A stretch of DNA of 46,389 bases. Origin: Phycisphaerae bacterium. Its GTDB lineage: Bacteria; Planctomycetota; Phycisphaerae; UBA1845; Fen-1342. Below are positions 27,068 through 36,796 of the stretch, piece after piece. Both the position numbers and the translations under genes were made by a program. The notes beneath the pieces were generated by a model. It saw nothing but the letters and a program-made list of their open reading frames with translations. It ran no database searches and was not told the DNA's origin. Position 1 is the first letter of the stretch. The number at the start of each line of letters is the position of its first letter. The stretch is taken from the NCBI GenBank assembly GCA_050115495.1, contig JASFQK010000046.1:1-46389 (forward strand), given 5' to 3'.

Positions 27068-30022
27068 ATGCTGCAGTCAGTGAGGATCGGGAGAACGCTG
27101 GCCCTCGTGCTGGCGCTGGTCGTCGTGCCGACGTTGTGGGCGCAGGCGGACGACGCCGTCGGGCAGCTCAAGCAGGCTTCCGAGCTGTTCGCGAAGCAGG
27201 AGTACGCTGCAGCGCAGGAGGCGCTCGGCAAGGTGGATCGGGACCAGCTCGGCGAGGATGAACAGGCCGAGTTTGACCTGCTGAAGCAGACGGTCGTGCA
27301 GGCGATCGCGGCCAGCGAGGCGGCCCTGGAGACGTTCGTGCACGCCGAGACGGCCTTCCAGGAAGGCCGTTGGGACGTGGCCGATGGGCTCTACCAGGCC
27401 GTGCTGGACAACGAGTTCGCCGCCAAGGATCTGAAGACCAAGTCGCAGGCCGGCCGCGAGGCCGTCGCCGAGAAGAAGCGGCTGGCCCAGGCCGCCGAGC
27501 CGAGCGGTGTGGTGGAGGCGACAGAACCTCCGCCGGCGCCAGTGGAACCGGCGCCTGCGATGGTCGAGCCGGAACCGGTGCCGGCGCCCCCGCCGGCCGA
27601 GCCGCAGCGGCTCACCCCGATTGAGGAAATGAAGCGCCGCGACGCCCTGCTGTGGCAGCGTGCCGAGCAGCAGGTGGCGGAGCTGGCCGCCCGGACGGCC
27701 GAGGCGCTCGCCCAGGAATCGTTCGTCGAGGCCCGGCAGCTTGCCGAGCTCGCCCTGCAGAAGGTTGAGGCGGCCCGCATGTACGCCGAGCCGCCGGCCA
27801 AGTACCTGGCGGCCAAGGAGGCAGCCGAGCGTCTGAAGCAGGACGTGGCCAATGCCTACGAGGCCTTTCAGCGGCGGCAGGCCGACGAAGAGCGCATACA
27901 GATCAGGGACCGCATCGAGCAGCGTCGCTCGCTCCAGGAGCAGCAGCGCCGCGACAAGATCGCCCAGCTCTTCAACACCGCCTCGCAGCTTCGCAAGCAG
28001 CAGAAGTTCAGCGAGGCCGCGGAGGTGCTGCGGCAGATTCTGTACATCGACCCGGCCAACGCCCAGGCTCGGCACCAGCTTGAGGTTGCCGAGGACTACG
28101 AGTCGCTCCACACGCAGCGCGACTGGGAGCGGGCGCTGCACGCACAGCAGCGCGACGCCCTCACCAAGGCCCAGGAGGCGCTGATCCCCTGGGACGTCGA
28201 GGTCCTCTACCCGAAGAACTGGCTCGAGCTGACGGCCAAGCGCTCGGCGGCGGGCATCGGCACCGGCGGCGAGATCGAGGACGACGAACTGAACCGCAAG
28301 CTCGATGAGATCCTCCCCGAATTCGACTTCCAGGACGCTCCGCTGGAGGCCGTCATCGAGCACCTCCAGGAGTTCCAGCAGATCAACATCGCCGTGGACT
28401 GGGAAGACCTGGACGCCAACGGCATCGAACGCGAGAAGGCGGTGACGGTGCAGTTGCGCAACCTGCCCTTCCGCACCGTCCTGCAGGAGCTGCTGGCCCA
28501 GGTCGGCGGCGACATCAAGCTGGCCTTCGAGGTCAGCGATGGCCTGCTGCGGATCGCCACCAAGGACAAGCTCGACCGCAACAAGGTCGTCCTCGTTTAT
28601 GACATCCGCGACTTGCTGGTCAACGTGCCGCGCTTCAACAACGCAGCCACCATGGACCCGGCCCAGGCCCTTAACCAGTCGGGCGGCCAGGGCGGCGGCG
28701 GCGGTAACAACCAGCTCTTCCAGAGCAACCAGAACAACCAGAACGAGAACCGCGACCAGGGCGCCAACACGGGCGACATCGTCGAACGCATCATGGAGAT
28801 CATCCGCCAGACGGTCGAGCCCGATTCGTGGGTCGAGACCGGTGGCGGCGAGGCCTCCATCCGCGAGCTCAACGGCCAGCTCATCATTTACAACACCTCC
28901 GACGCCCACCGCTCGATCCGCGGGCTACTCGACCAGTTGCGGGCCACCCGCGCCCTGCAGATCGCGGTTGAGGCTCGCTTCCTCAACGTCACGTCGAACT
29001 TCCTCGAGGAGTTCGGCGTCGACCTCGACTTCGTCTTCAACTCCGGCAGTGCCGGGTACGACCGCGGCTTCATCGGTGGCACGCCGATGACCGACCCGTT
29101 CACCGGGTCGAGCATCCTGGTGCCGCGGACGTATTCGCGGATCGGTTCGACCGCCGCGAATCCGACCTTCGGCACGCCCATGACCCAGGCCGGTGCCATC
29201 GATCAGCCGTACGGGCAGGCCGGCCTGGTGCCGACCGGCACGGGCATCGTGCCCCACTTGGGCAATATGACGCCGATCACCAGCCAGCAGAACTCGATCG
29301 GCCTGGCCGATCCGAGCAACCTGGTCACCGGCGTGCCGGGCTCCTTCGCCCAGCGGGTGACCCAGCCGGCCCTGAATATCGCCGGCTCGTTCCTGGACAA
29401 CCTCCAGGTGGACTTCCTCATCCGGGCCACGCAGGCCAACTCGCGGTCGAGCATCGTGCAGGCCCCCCGCCTCGTGATGTTCAACGGCCAGCGGGCCAAC
29501 GTCAGCGTCGGCCGCAGCCGCAGCTACGTCTCCAGCGTTACGCCGCAGACGGGCGAGTTCGTTGCCGCCGTGCAGCCGATCATCAACCAGGCGCCCAGCG
29601 GCACCGTGCTCGTCGTGGAAGGCACGATCAGTGCCGACCGCCGCTACGTCACGCTGACGGTCGAAACCAGCCAGACGGACGAACCGTCGTTCGAGCGGTT
29701 CGAGGTCCAGCGGGCCAGCGGCAGCTCCCCGGGCATCTTCATCCTGCTGCCCGACCAGTCGTTCGTGACGATCAACACGACCGTCTCGATTCCTGACGGC
29801 GGCACCGTCCTGCTGGGCGGCATGAAGCAGGTGGGCGAGGCTGAGATCGAGGCCGGCGTGCCCATCCTCAGCAAGATCCCCATCCTCAAGCGGGCCTTTA
29901 CCAACAAGAGCCTGGTCAAGGACACGCGCACGCTGCTGATCCTGGTCAAGTCCAAGATCATCATCCAGCGCGAGGCCGAGGAAGAAGCCTTCCCGACCTT
30001 CAGCTCGCTGGGCGGCGCCTAG
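27068..30022 (+). CDS. Large secretin-like outer-membrane protein with helical/TPR N-terminus
   Basis: Signal peptide, helical repeats, STN-like segment, VYDIRDLL...IRQTVEPDSW, IAVEARFL, QAPRLVMFNGQRA, ISADRRYV, TVSIPDGGTVLLGG, GVPILSKIPILKRAF. Confidence 0.85.
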   Translation: MLQSVRIGRTLALVLALVVVPTLWAQADDAVGQLKQASELFAKQEYAAAQEALGKVDRDQLGEDEQAEFDLLKQTVVQAIAASEAALETFVHAETAFQEGRWDVADGLYQAVLDNEFAAKDLKTKSQAGREAVAEKKRLAQAAEPSGVVEATEPPPAPVEPAPAMVEPEPVPAPPPAEPQRLTPIEEMKRRDALLWQRAEQQVAELAARTAEALAQESFVEARQLAELALQKVEAARMYAEPPAKYLAAKEAAERLKQDVANAYEAFQRRQADEERIQIRDRIEQRRSLQEQQRRDKIAQLFNTASQLRKQQKFSEAAEVLRQILYIDPANAQARHQLEVAEDYESLHTQRDWERALHAQQRDALTKAQEALIPWDVEVLYPKNWLELTAKRSAAGIGTGGEIEDDELNRKLDEILPEFDFQDAPLEAVIEHLQEFQQINIAVDWEDLDANGIEREKAVTVQLRNLPFRTVLQELLAQVGGDIKLAFEVSDGLLRIATKDKLDRNKVVLVYDIRDLLVNVPRFNNAATMDPAQALNQSGGQGGGGGNNQLFQSNQNNQNENRDQGANTGDIVERIMEIIRQTVEPDSWVETGGGEASIRELNGQLIIYNTSDAHRSIRGLLDQLRATRALQIAVEARFLNVTSNFLEEFGVDLDFVFNSGSAGYDRGFIGGTPMTDPFTGSSILVPRTYSRIGSTAANPTFGTPMTQAGAIDQPYGQAGLVPTGTGIVPHLGNMTPITSQQNSIGLADPSNLVTGVPGSFAQRVTQPALNIAGSFLDNLQVDFLIRATQANSRSSIVQAPRLVMFNGQRANVSVGRSRSYVSSVTPQTGEFVAAVQPIINQAPSGTVLVVEGTISADRRYVTLTVETSQTDEPSFERFEVQRASGSSPGIFILLPDQSFVTINTTVSIPDGGTVLLGGMKQVGEAEIEAGVPILSKIPILKRAFTNKSLVKDTRTLLILVKSKIIIQREAEEEAFPTFSSLGGA

Positions 30023-30032
30023 GCCGCGGCCC

Positions 30033-31001
30033 GTGGCGATCAACCAGGGACATCACCGGCGCCCGCTGACTCCGGTCGGCGGGCGCCGTCTTTTTGCACT
30101 CTGCGCGGCCCTGGGCCTGGTGCTGCTGGTGGCGGTCTGTCGGGCCGGCGACCCGCCGCCGGCCAGTGCCCCGCAGACCGGACCGCGACCTTTCCAACCC
30201 GGCGTGCTTATCGACTGGCACGCCCCGGCGGTGATCGTCGAGTGCGAGGTCGTGCTGCGCCGCGGGTCGCTCGAGTTCCTGGCCTGCCTGTCCGGCAAGG
30301 AGCACGAGAGCATCCTGCGGCTGGGCGGGTCGGCCACGCACATCTACGCGGCGCTCGGCCTGATCGGTCTGAATCCGGGCCATCCGCCCGTCTGGGACCC
30401 GGCCAGCCAGAGCTTCTCCCGGCCGGCCGGCGACCTGGTCAGCATCACGTGCGAGTGGGAACAGGACGGCCAGCGGCGCGTGGCCACCGCAGGCGAGTGG
30501 CTGCGCGAGATCGAATATGCCCGCCCGGTCCTCGACCGGCCCTGGGTCTTCGCCGGCTCGGTCCGCCGGGATGACGGCCTGCTGGCGGCGGATCGCAGCG
30601 GCGTCGGCATCGCCCTGGTCGATTTCCCGGACAGTCTGCTGTCGCTGTCCCACGCCTATCCGAGCCAGCTCGAATCGCTTTGGGCGGCGGCCCGGACCGA
30701 GGTCATCCCGCCGGCGGGTACACCCGTGCGGCTGGTGCTCCGGCCGGCGCAGCCGCAGAGCTGGCGGCTGGAGCTGGACTTCCGCGGCGAGCTTTCCGTG
30801 GACGGGCGGTTCGCGACCGTTGCCGATGTGGCGGACCTGCTGCGGATGGGCCGGCAGTTGGCTCCCGACAGCGTGAATGAAATCGCGGTGCACGGGGCGC
30901 TGGCGGCCGACGTGCGGCGGGTGCGGGAGGGGTTGCTGGCTGAGGGGGTTCCGGCGGATGCCTTCCGCCTGGTGCCGGAGAAGGGGACCAGCAGCCCATA
31001 A
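30033..31001 (+). CDS. Exported YdjY-like domain protein
   Basis: Hydrophobic signal, LEFLACLSGKEHESIL, IYAALGLIGLNPG, WVFAGS. The C-terminal about 80 aa is loosely ExbD-like. Start uncertain. Confidence 0.65.
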   Translation: MAINQGHHRRPLTPVGGRRLFALCAALGLVLLVAVCRAGDPPPASAPQTGPRPFQPGVLIDWHAPAVIVECEVVLRRGSLEFLACLSGKEHESILRLGGSATHIYAALGLIGLNPGHPPVWDPASQSFSRPAGDLVSITCEWEQDGQRRVATAGEWLREIEYARPVLDRPWVFAGSVRRDDGLLAADRSGVGIALVDFPDSLLSLSHAYPSQLESLWAAARTEVIPPAGTPVRLVLRPAQPQSWRLELDFRGELSVDGRFATVADVADLLRMGRQLAPDSVNEIAVHGALAADVRRVREGLLAEGVPADAFRLVPEKGTSSP

Positions 31002-31022
31002 GCCGAGCGTGGCCCTCGGCCG

Positions 31023-31466
31023 TCAATCGCTGCCGGGTGGTTCCGGCTCGCCCTGCTGGTCGAGGGAGCGCTTGAGCCGGCGGAGGCTGAGCAGGTTGCG
31101 GACGCGTTCGAGCAGTTCGTTCTTGTTGACGGGCTTGCAGAGGAAGTCGTCGGCCCCGCATTCGCGGGCCCGTTCCATGTCGCCCGTTTCGTTCAGGGCG
31201 GTGACCATGATGATCGGGATGTCGGCGTAGCGGGGGTCGTCCTTGAGGGCGCGGCAGACCTCGTACCCGCTGCGGCGGGGCATCATGATGTCCAGGAGGA
31301 TGAGGTCGGGGTGCATCTGCTCGACGGCATCGAACGCGGCCTGGCCGTTGGCGGCCAGGGTGACTTCGACGGGCAACGGCTCGAGATAGGCCTCCAGCAG
31401 CTCGAGAATCTGAGGGTTGTCGTCGGCGATGAGAATGCGGGCGCTGGGCGCGTCAGGCTGGTCCAT
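31023..31466 (-). CDS. Single-domain response regulator
   Basis: ILIADD, PDLILLDIMMP, IPIIMVTA, GADDFLCKP. Confidence 0.93.
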   Translation of the reverse strand: MDQPDAPSARILIADDNPQILELLEAYLEPLPVEVTLAANGQAAFDAVEQMHPDLILLDIMMPRRSGYEVCRALKDDPRYADIPIIMVTALNETGDMERARECGADDFLCKPVNKNELLERVRNLLSLRRLKRSLDQQGEPEPPGSD

Positions 31467-31703
31467 GACTGGGGGTCCTTCCGGCGATGCTGCCGAACGA
31501 GCAGTCTCGCGGAAAAGCGGCCGGCATGCAAATCGGACCTGGGGAGAACGCGCAGCGGTGCCGCGGCGGCCCGCCGGCGGGTTGTCGGAAACCTGGCTCC
31601 CGAATATACTTGTCCCAGCGAAGTCTGCACGTGCCGCGAGCGGGGCGGCACCTTGACGCCGGGGCTCGGCGTGGCTTTCGCGCATCCCGATGGAGTGTCT
31701 GCA

Positions 31704-32786
31704 ATGGGTTCAACCATGCGTGTCTTCGGCTCGGCGGTGGTTCTCTGCGCCGTGATCGGCCTGTTCGGTGTTCTGACGACGACCGGCTGTGGCGGCGGCG
31801 GGAACGCCTGGAGCGTCCTCGGCATCCCCTTCCAGACGGTCAACAGCACCTCGGGCACGACCGGCCCGAGCAGCACGGGGCAGACCTCGGGCGGTGGCAT
31901 CGGCGGCTCCGGCCGTACCGCCGGCGATCCGTGCGACGAGACGCAGGCCCGCAAGTTCGTCACCATCTCGATGCGGAACATCAGCGACGACTACGTCCAT
32001 TACTTCTTCGTCGCGATCGCGTTCGTCGACGTGGACGAGACGGACGAAACCACGATCATCCCGACGTTTGACGGGGCCGAGTTTCCCGACGGCGCCGTCT
32101 GCCCGGACGACATCGCTCTCTACCTGCAGCAGGACTACATCGAGATCCCCGCGGGCATGGAGACGGCCTTTGGCGACTACTGCATCACCGGCCCGGCCCT
32201 GTTGTACTTCCACAACTACGGCCAGTTCCGGGTTTCCGCCGGCACCGGCAACGCCGGCCTCGGCTCGGCGATCGCCCCGGCCCAGGGCAGCAATCCGACC
32301 TACGACAACGAGTTCACCAGTTCGGGCAAGCAGATCCCCGTGCCGGACATCATCCTCTTCCACAACCCCGGTGCCGGCGAGGGTGACGCCCTGAAGATCA
32401 GCAGCCGCCGGTCTTCGCCCTGCGATACCGACGTCATCGGCGGCGCGCCCATCTGCCAGCGGGACGCCTTCTACTACGTCGACGAGTACGACATCATGTC
32501 GTCGGGGACGACGGCCCTCGGCGTCGGCTCCGGCCGCCGTGTGCCGAGCGAGATCCAGGGCACCGGCTGCACCTGCACGGGCCTGTCGCTGCCGTTCTCG
32601 TTGCTCGCCCCGTCCGGAGCCACGGCCCGCTCGGCGCTGTGCTACGAGTTCCTCCGCGGTGGCCGCATCGACTTCATCTTCCTGCGCGACGACCAGAGCC
32701 CGCCGATCCCGCAGTTGGTCTGGAAAGTGACCGACTCCTCGGGCGGCCTGGCCCACGACTTCGACTCGCGCGTGGACGTCCCCTAA
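31704..32786 (+). CDS. Hypothetical Cys-rich acidic lipoprotein
   Basis: Signal ending LTTTGC, G/T/S linker, eight further Cys, strong third-position GC bias. Confidence 0.75.
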   Translation: MGSTMRVFGSAVVLCAVIGLFGVLTTTGCGGGGNAWSVLGIPFQTVNSTSGTTGPSSTGQTSGGGIGGSGRTAGDPCDETQARKFVTISMRNISDDYVHYFFVAIAFVDVDETDETTIIPTFDGAEFPDGAVCPDDIALYLQQDYIEIPAGMETAFGDYCITGPALLYFHNYGQFRVSAGTGNAGLGSAIAPAQGSNPTYDNEFTSSGKQIPVPDIILFHNPGAGEGDALKISSRRSSPCDTDVIGGAPICQRDAFYYVDEYDIMSSGTTALGVGSGRRVPSEIQGTGCTCTGLSLPFSLLAPSGATARSALCYEFLRGGRIDFIFLRDDQSPPIPQLVWKVTDSSGGLAHDFDSRVDVP

Positions 32787-32915
32787 GCGAGCGTCGACCG
32801 CCGAGAGAGCTTGTGATTGAAACATAGGTGGGTCGGGCGTTCTGCCCGGCCCGCTTTGTTGTAGGGCAGAAAGGGCAGGCGAGCCGCCCGTTTTGCCGGA
32901 CCTACGCCTGATACG

Positions 32916-34118
32916 CTACGGCGTAACGTCGGCGGGAGCGGCCACCGGCTGTGAGGTCGGCGGTGGCGTGAGGGGGGCGCCCAGTTGTTCGAGGCGCTCA
33001 CGGGCCAATTGCTTGTTGCGCTCCGCCTGTCCTGCATCAAGGTCGGTGGGGCGCTCGACGGCCAGCACGGCCTGGTACGTCGCGATCGCCCGATCCACCT
33101 GGTTCGTGGCCAGCAGCAGACCCGCGAAATCCATCAGGTAACCCGTGTTATCCGGCTCGTACTCGGCGGCTTTCTCGATGTAGGTCAGCGTGTCGTGATA
33201 GCTGAGTTCCCAGCGGAGCTTGGCCAGGTCTTCTGACAGGGCCGCAATCTGGCTGAGGACGAGGGCGGCCTGCGCGCTATTGCCGGGCAGGAGCTCGTCG
33301 GTGGGTTCGTTGCGGGCGTTGCGGCGGTAGAGCGTGTTGTGCAGAGCGACCAGGGCGCGCACGTGCGTGTCCTTCGCCTGGATCAACTGCCCAAGAACCT
33401 GCCGGTCCGCCGGCTGCTGCTGACGCTCGTTTTCCGCGGCGGTGACCATCGCCCGCGCCGCTTCCACGGCACGCTCGAACATCTCGGCCCCCATCAGCGT
33501 CTGCACCAGAACCTGGAGCGAATCGAAGTCACCCGGGTTGGCGGCCACGGCGCGCTCGGCGTATTCCACTGCGGCCGCACGCTCGCCGCGATTGCCGAAG
33601 CAGAACGCCAGCAGGCGCAGCACTTCCGCCCGCTTGTCCGGCGGCGCGACGCCCTCAGCCGTACTCAGGTAGCTCTCCGCCTGCCGCCAGAGATGAGAGG
33701 CCAGGTAGAAGCGGCCGAGCCCGAGGTTGGCGCGGAAGTTGTGCGGATCAACGGTCAGCACCTTCTTGAAGGCGAGTCGGGCGGCGTTCTGATCGCCGCG
33801 CAGCGTCGCCATCTCTCCGTCCAGCACCTGGGCCCGCACGTTGCGCGGATCCGTCTGCAGGATGCGCTGCAGGGCGCGGTCGGCTTCGTCGAGTAGCGGG
33901 GTCATCTGCGCCTGCTGGCCGGTTCGGCTGGCCTCGCGGGCCAGATCCAGCAGACGCTCAACGCCGTCGAGCACCTCTTGCGGCGAAGGCGGCGTGGCCT
34001 GGGCCGGAGCGGGCTCGGTGGGTGGAGCCGTCGGCGGCGTAGGCGGCGCCCCCTGGGCGAGAGCCCACATCGAGCCGAGCAGCCCTAACGCCATGCAGAC
34101 CGCGAGTTTACGAAGCAT
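32916..34118 (-). CDS. Secreted tetratricopeptide-repeat protein
   Basis: AGGAG RBS, signal peptide, Pro linker, TPR-like units (AFKKVLTVDPHNFRANLGLG; KAAEYEPDN). Confidence 0.85.
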   Translation of the reverse strand: MLRKLAVCMALGLLGSMWALAQGAPPTPPTAPPTEPAPAQATPPSPQEVLDGVERLLDLAREASRTGQQAQMTPLLDEADRALQRILQTDPRNVRAQVLDGEMATLRGDQNAARLAFKKVLTVDPHNFRANLGLGRFYLASHLWRQAESYLSTAEGVAPPDKRAEVLRLLAFCFGNRGERAAAVEYAERAVAANPGDFDSLQVLVQTLMGAEMFERAVEAARAMVTAAENERQQQPADRQVLGQLIQAKDTHVRALVALHNTLYRRNARNEPTDELLPGNSAQAALVLSQIAALSEDLAKLRWELSYHDTLTYIEKAAEYEPDNTGYLMDFAGLLLATNQVDRAIATYQAVLAVERPTDLDAGQAERNKQLARERLEQLGAPLTPPPTSQPVAAPADVTP

Positions 34119-34310
34119 CCGCTGCACTCCTGATTCTCGTCCGTTCTTCCCTGCGAGGGGTGCCCCGCCGCCCGCCAAACCGCAGGACAGGGCGCACAAC
34201 CCCACAGACATTATCGGTCATCCCGCCGCGAATCGTAAGGGCCAGTCGCGCCGGCGTCTCCCCTGGGGGGTACGCCCACGCCGACCGGCCGGTTCGCGCC
34301 GGTCCGCTGC

Positions 34311-35579
34311 CTACCCGCCACGCAGCAGCTCCCGCCGCAGCAGGTTCAGCAGCCCACGCGCCGACCGCAGCCGGATCAGCTCCCGCGGCGCCGTCGGCCC
34401 CAGCCGCAGCTCACGCACATCCACGCCGCCCGGGCCCGCCAGGCCGAAATATACCAGCCCGACCGGCTTCTCCGCCGTCCCGCCGTCGGGGCCGGCCACG
34501 CCCGTGATGGATAGCGCGTAATCGCTGCCGAACGTCTCGCGGGCGGCGCGGGCCATGTGTTCGGCGACGGGGCGGCTGACGGCGCCGTGCTCGCGCAGCA
34601 GGCTCTCCGGCACGCCCAACAGCCGCTCTTTCGCCTCGTTCGCGTACGTGACCACGCCACCGAGGTAGTACCTGCTGCTACCGGGCGTGTCCGTGAGCAG
34701 CTTGCCGACGAGGCCGCCCGTGCACGATTCCGCCGTGCAGAGGGTCTGGCCGCGGGCGACCAGCAGCTTGCCCACGGTCGAAGCGAGCGTATCGTCCCCC
34801 TCACCAAAGACCGTGTCGCCCAGCCGCGCTCGAACCTCCCGGGCGGTGGCTTCGGCGAGGGCCTCGGCGGAAACTCGCGACGGAGCCGTCGCCGTCAGGC
34901 TGACGGAGATCATCGCCCCCGCCGCGGTCACACCGACGGAGGGATTGGCCCCGCGCCGCATCAGGTCGCGCAGTTGCTCGCCCAGGTCTGCTTCCGGCCG
35001 GCCGAACGTCCGCAGGCAGCGGTGCAGAACCGCCTGCCCGCCGGCCCGTTCGCGGACCCGCGGAGCCACCTCGCCGCGAAACATCTCTTCCATCTCGTGC
35101 GGCACGCCGGGCAGGGCGTAGCACGCGGTCCGCCCGATCTCGATGAAGATGCCCGGGGCCGTCCCGCGACGGTTGGGCAGGGCCGTCGCCCCGCGGGGCA
35201 GCATGGCCTGCACGCGGTTGGCGTTGGGCATAGGCCAGTTGCGCTCGGCGAAGAACGCCCGCATCGTTTCGAGACAGGCGGCGTCGAGTTCGAGCGGGAC
35301 GCCGGCCAGCCGGGCCAGAACGTCCCGCGTGAGATCATCCTCGGTCGGCCCGAGGCCGCCGGTCATGATGATGAGCTCGGTGTGTTCGGCCGCGTGACGC
35401 AGGGCCCGTTCGAGGTCGGCGCCATCATCGGACACGGCGAGCAGGCACGGTGTCTCGATGCCCAGCTCCGCGAGCTGCCGGGCCAGCCACGGGCCATTCG
35501 TGTCGAGCGACCGGCCGGCGGTGAGCTCACTGCCCGAAGAGAGGATCCAGGCTTGGTGTATCGGGGAAGTCTCGTTCAT
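34311..35579 (-). CDS. cinA: CinA (MoCF-like domain + PncC NMN deamidase)
   Basis: GSEL..G..DTN, TGGLGPTEDDLT, GTAPG, LPGVP, AESCTGG, GAVS, ITGVAGP. Confidence 0.95.
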   Translation of the reverse strand: MNETSPIHQAWILSSGSELTAGRSLDTNGPWLARQLAELGIETPCLLAVSDDGADLERALRHAAEHTELIIMTGGLGPTEDDLTRDVLARLAGVPLELDAACLETMRAFFAERNWPMPNANRVQAMLPRGATALPNRRGTAPGIFIEIGRTACYALPGVPHEMEEMFRGEVAPRVRERAGGQAVLHRCLRTFGRPEADLGEQLRDLMRRGANPSVGVTAAGAMISVSLTATAPSRVSAEALAEATAREVRARLGDTVFGEGDDTLASTVGKLLVARGQTLCTAESCTGGLVGKLLTDTPGSSRYYLGGVVTYANEAKERLLGVPESLLREHGAVSRPVAEHMARAARETFGSDYALSITGVAGPDGGTAEKPVGLVYFGLAGPGGVDVRELRLGPTAPRELIRLRSARGLLNLLRRELLRGG

Positions 35580-35665
35580 CGCCCGCGCCTACAATCGGCT
35601 GTTCGCCCCGCCGGCAGAACGTCACGCCGGCGGCGATCGCGCAACTTACCGGCAGGAGGGCTGAT

Positions 35666-36640
35666 ATGGCAAACGGCTCGGCGTCAGACGCGACGGCCGC
35701 CGCGTATCGCGCTGCCCGGGAGCAGGTCGCCCTGTTCGATCGGAGTGATCGGGGCGTGATCGTGGTGACCGGGAAGGACCGCCGGCCGTGGCTGCACAAC
35801 CTGGTCACGAACGCGGTGCGCACGCTCGCCGACTGCCAGGGCGTCTACGCCTTCGCTGTGAACGTGCAGGGGCGGATCCTGTTCGACGCCAATGTGCTGA
35901 GCCTGCCGGACGCGCTTTGGCTGGACGTGGATCTGACGGCCGTGCCGGCGGCGCTGGCCCACCTGGAACGCTACCTCATCACCGAGGACGTCACGCTCAC
36001 GGACGCATCGGCGGCGCTGGCCCGCCTGGGCTGCGCCGGGCCGCTGGCGGCGGCGCTGGCGGCGGAGATCGGCGTCGTGGACCTCGCCCGCTTGCCGGCG
36101 CTGAGCGTCGTCGCGCTCGATGCAGAGCGGACGTACGCTGTCCGGAATGACTTCGCTGGCGAGATCGGTTTCGAGCTCTTCGTGCCGCGCTCGGCGTCGG
36201 CGGCGTGGCGGGATCGCCTGGTCGAGGCCGGCGCTGTGCCCGCGGGCCGCGATGTGCTCGATGTGCTGCGGATCGAAGCGGGGATCCCGTGGTACGGGCG
36301 CGAGCTCGACGCGCAAGTTCTGCCGCCCGAGACCGGCCCCGGCGCCAGAGGCATCAGCTACGACAAGGGGTGCTATCTCGGGCAGGAGGTTCTGGAGCGC
36401 ATGCGCTCGCGCGATGTGCTCGCGCGTCGGCTGGTTCGGCTACGTACGGGGAGCGATGTAGAGCTGTCGTTGCCCGCCGACCTGCTCTGCGAGGGGCGGC
36501 GCGTGGGCCGGCTCACATCGCTCGTGCGGCATCCGCTCGAATCGTGGTGTGTCGGGCTCGGGTATATCTCCACTTCGCTTACGCCGTCGGCGGCGCTGGC
36601 CACAGGAAATCCGCCGCGAGATGTAGTGATTTTGCCTTGA
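35666..36640 (+). CDS. YgfZ/GcvT-family folate-binding protein
   Basis: GKD...WLHNLVTN, LRIEAGIP and the YgfZ signature KGCYLGQE. Confidence 0.9.
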   Translation: MANGSASDATAAAYRAAREQVALFDRSDRGVIVVTGKDRRPWLHNLVTNAVRTLADCQGVYAFAVNVQGRILFDANVLSLPDALWLDVDLTAVPAALAHLERYLITEDVTLTDASAALARLGCAGPLAAALAAEIGVVDLARLPALSVVALDAERTYAVRNDFAGEIGFELFVPRSASAAWRDRLVEAGAVPAGRDVLDVLRIEAGIPWYGRELDAQVLPPETGPGARGISYDKGCYLGQEVLERMRSRDVLARRLVRLRTGSDVELSLPADLLCEGRRVGRLTSLVRHPLESWCVGLGYISTSLTPSAALATGNPPRDVVILP

Positions 36641-36796
36641 GCGATCGCGCCGGCTGTGACGGATTTTTTCTTGCCAGTCGGCGAGGCGTGGCGTACTTTT
36701 CTGTTAGGACGCGTCAAGGGAACGGTGGCGCACAGTTCGGGCCCCACGTAGCAGGCACATTTCGCCGTCGGACTTCATCAGAAAGGAGTCGCAGTC

